DNA from: Felis catus
Lineage: Eukaryota
Assembly (NCBI RefSeq): GCF_018350175.1
Contig: NC_058383.1
Coordinates: forward strand, 28,894,001 to 28,958,000
Reading direction: 5' to 3'
DNA length: 64,000 nt
Shown: piece by piece, positions 63,315 to 64,000 of the stretch
Layout of the letters: the number at the start of each line of letters is the position of its first letter
Numbering within the stretch: the first letter of the stretch is position 1
Notes under the pieces: generated by a model
What the model was told of the DNA's origin: nothing
The model's input: only the letters and a program-made list of their open reading frames with translations
Databases searched by the model: none
Program-made: the position numbers and the translations under genes

Positions 63315-64000
63315 ACTCTTTTTCACTCATCAGCAGCTGCCTTCAGTTCTTGGCAGGAGGGAACGGAGGCCGAGTGTGAAGGCTGCAACCCTTGTTTGCT
63401 TTCTCTCCCGGAACTTGGGCCGGAGCCTGTGTGGTTTCCAGTTGAAGGTCAAAAGTCCCATGCTTATTTTATACAAACCACAACCGTGCTTGTGGCTGTA
63501 TTGGGTTTGGTGCCATGTTTGAGGCTCGCCCTTTATATGAAAAGGGCTGAACTCGGTCTTCTAACCTGCTCCTGATGGCGGGTGGTCAAACGTGAAGGAA
63601 CACCCACCGTGTGCCTGGCCTGGCTCTGGGTTTCCGGTCGAGGCCGTAAACAAGGTGCTCGCTCTTGGGAAGATCTAGTCTAGGAGTTAGGAGCTTAAGA
63701 AAGAATATTCTTTCCCATCCCTCTCTGCCTAATGGTTGAACTTCCTGATTACAGAAGTGGTATATAGTCAGTGTTTACAAAGATAAAGGAAAACAAAGAC
63801 AAATATAAAGGAGGGGAGAAAAATCACTTCCACGATCCAGAAAAACCACTTGTGGCATTTCTGTGTGCTGTCATTGTTTTCTGTAATGTTCAAAAATGCA
63901 GTTGAGACCATCACATGGGATTTTTCTAAGTTTTTCCCCAGGTCATTAAAAAACCTTTGATAACTTCATTTTTAAAAACGTTTTATTTATGAGAGAGAGA

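Noticed and set aside
63320..64000. 3' end of a neighbouring gene (BFAR expected from recalled synteny)
   Set aside because: No coding exon or convincing signal in the window.

Overview
Mammalian genomic DNA, almost certainly felid (dense tRNA-derived Can-SINEs, including young SINEC_Fc-type copies). Three genes are supported. (1) The 5' end of RRN3 (TIF-IA) on the minus strand: coding exons 1-3 and a CpG-island promoter near 5.7 kb; the gene continues off the left edge. (2) A 518-aa intronless ORF on the minus strand (15545->13989). It encodes a TMEM238-family two-transmembrane domain fused to a long Ser/Gln/Pro/Ala tail built from about 14 decapeptide (30-bp) repeats. It has its own CpG promoter (RFX X-box, NRF1 sites) and a predicted 3'-UTR intron and terminal exon. 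I cannot give it a known gene symbol, and it is the most interesting object here. (3) A complete 4-exon PLA2G10 (group X secreted phospholipase A2, 151 aa) on the plus strand. The 33-kb interval between genes 2 and 3 is mostly transposon-derived: a fossil hAT transposase, a two-LTR class I ERV with RT/IN/env remnants and nested insertions, solo LTRs, L1 fragments, many SINEs and microsatellites. Gene and repeat-family names come from recalled sequences, not database searches.
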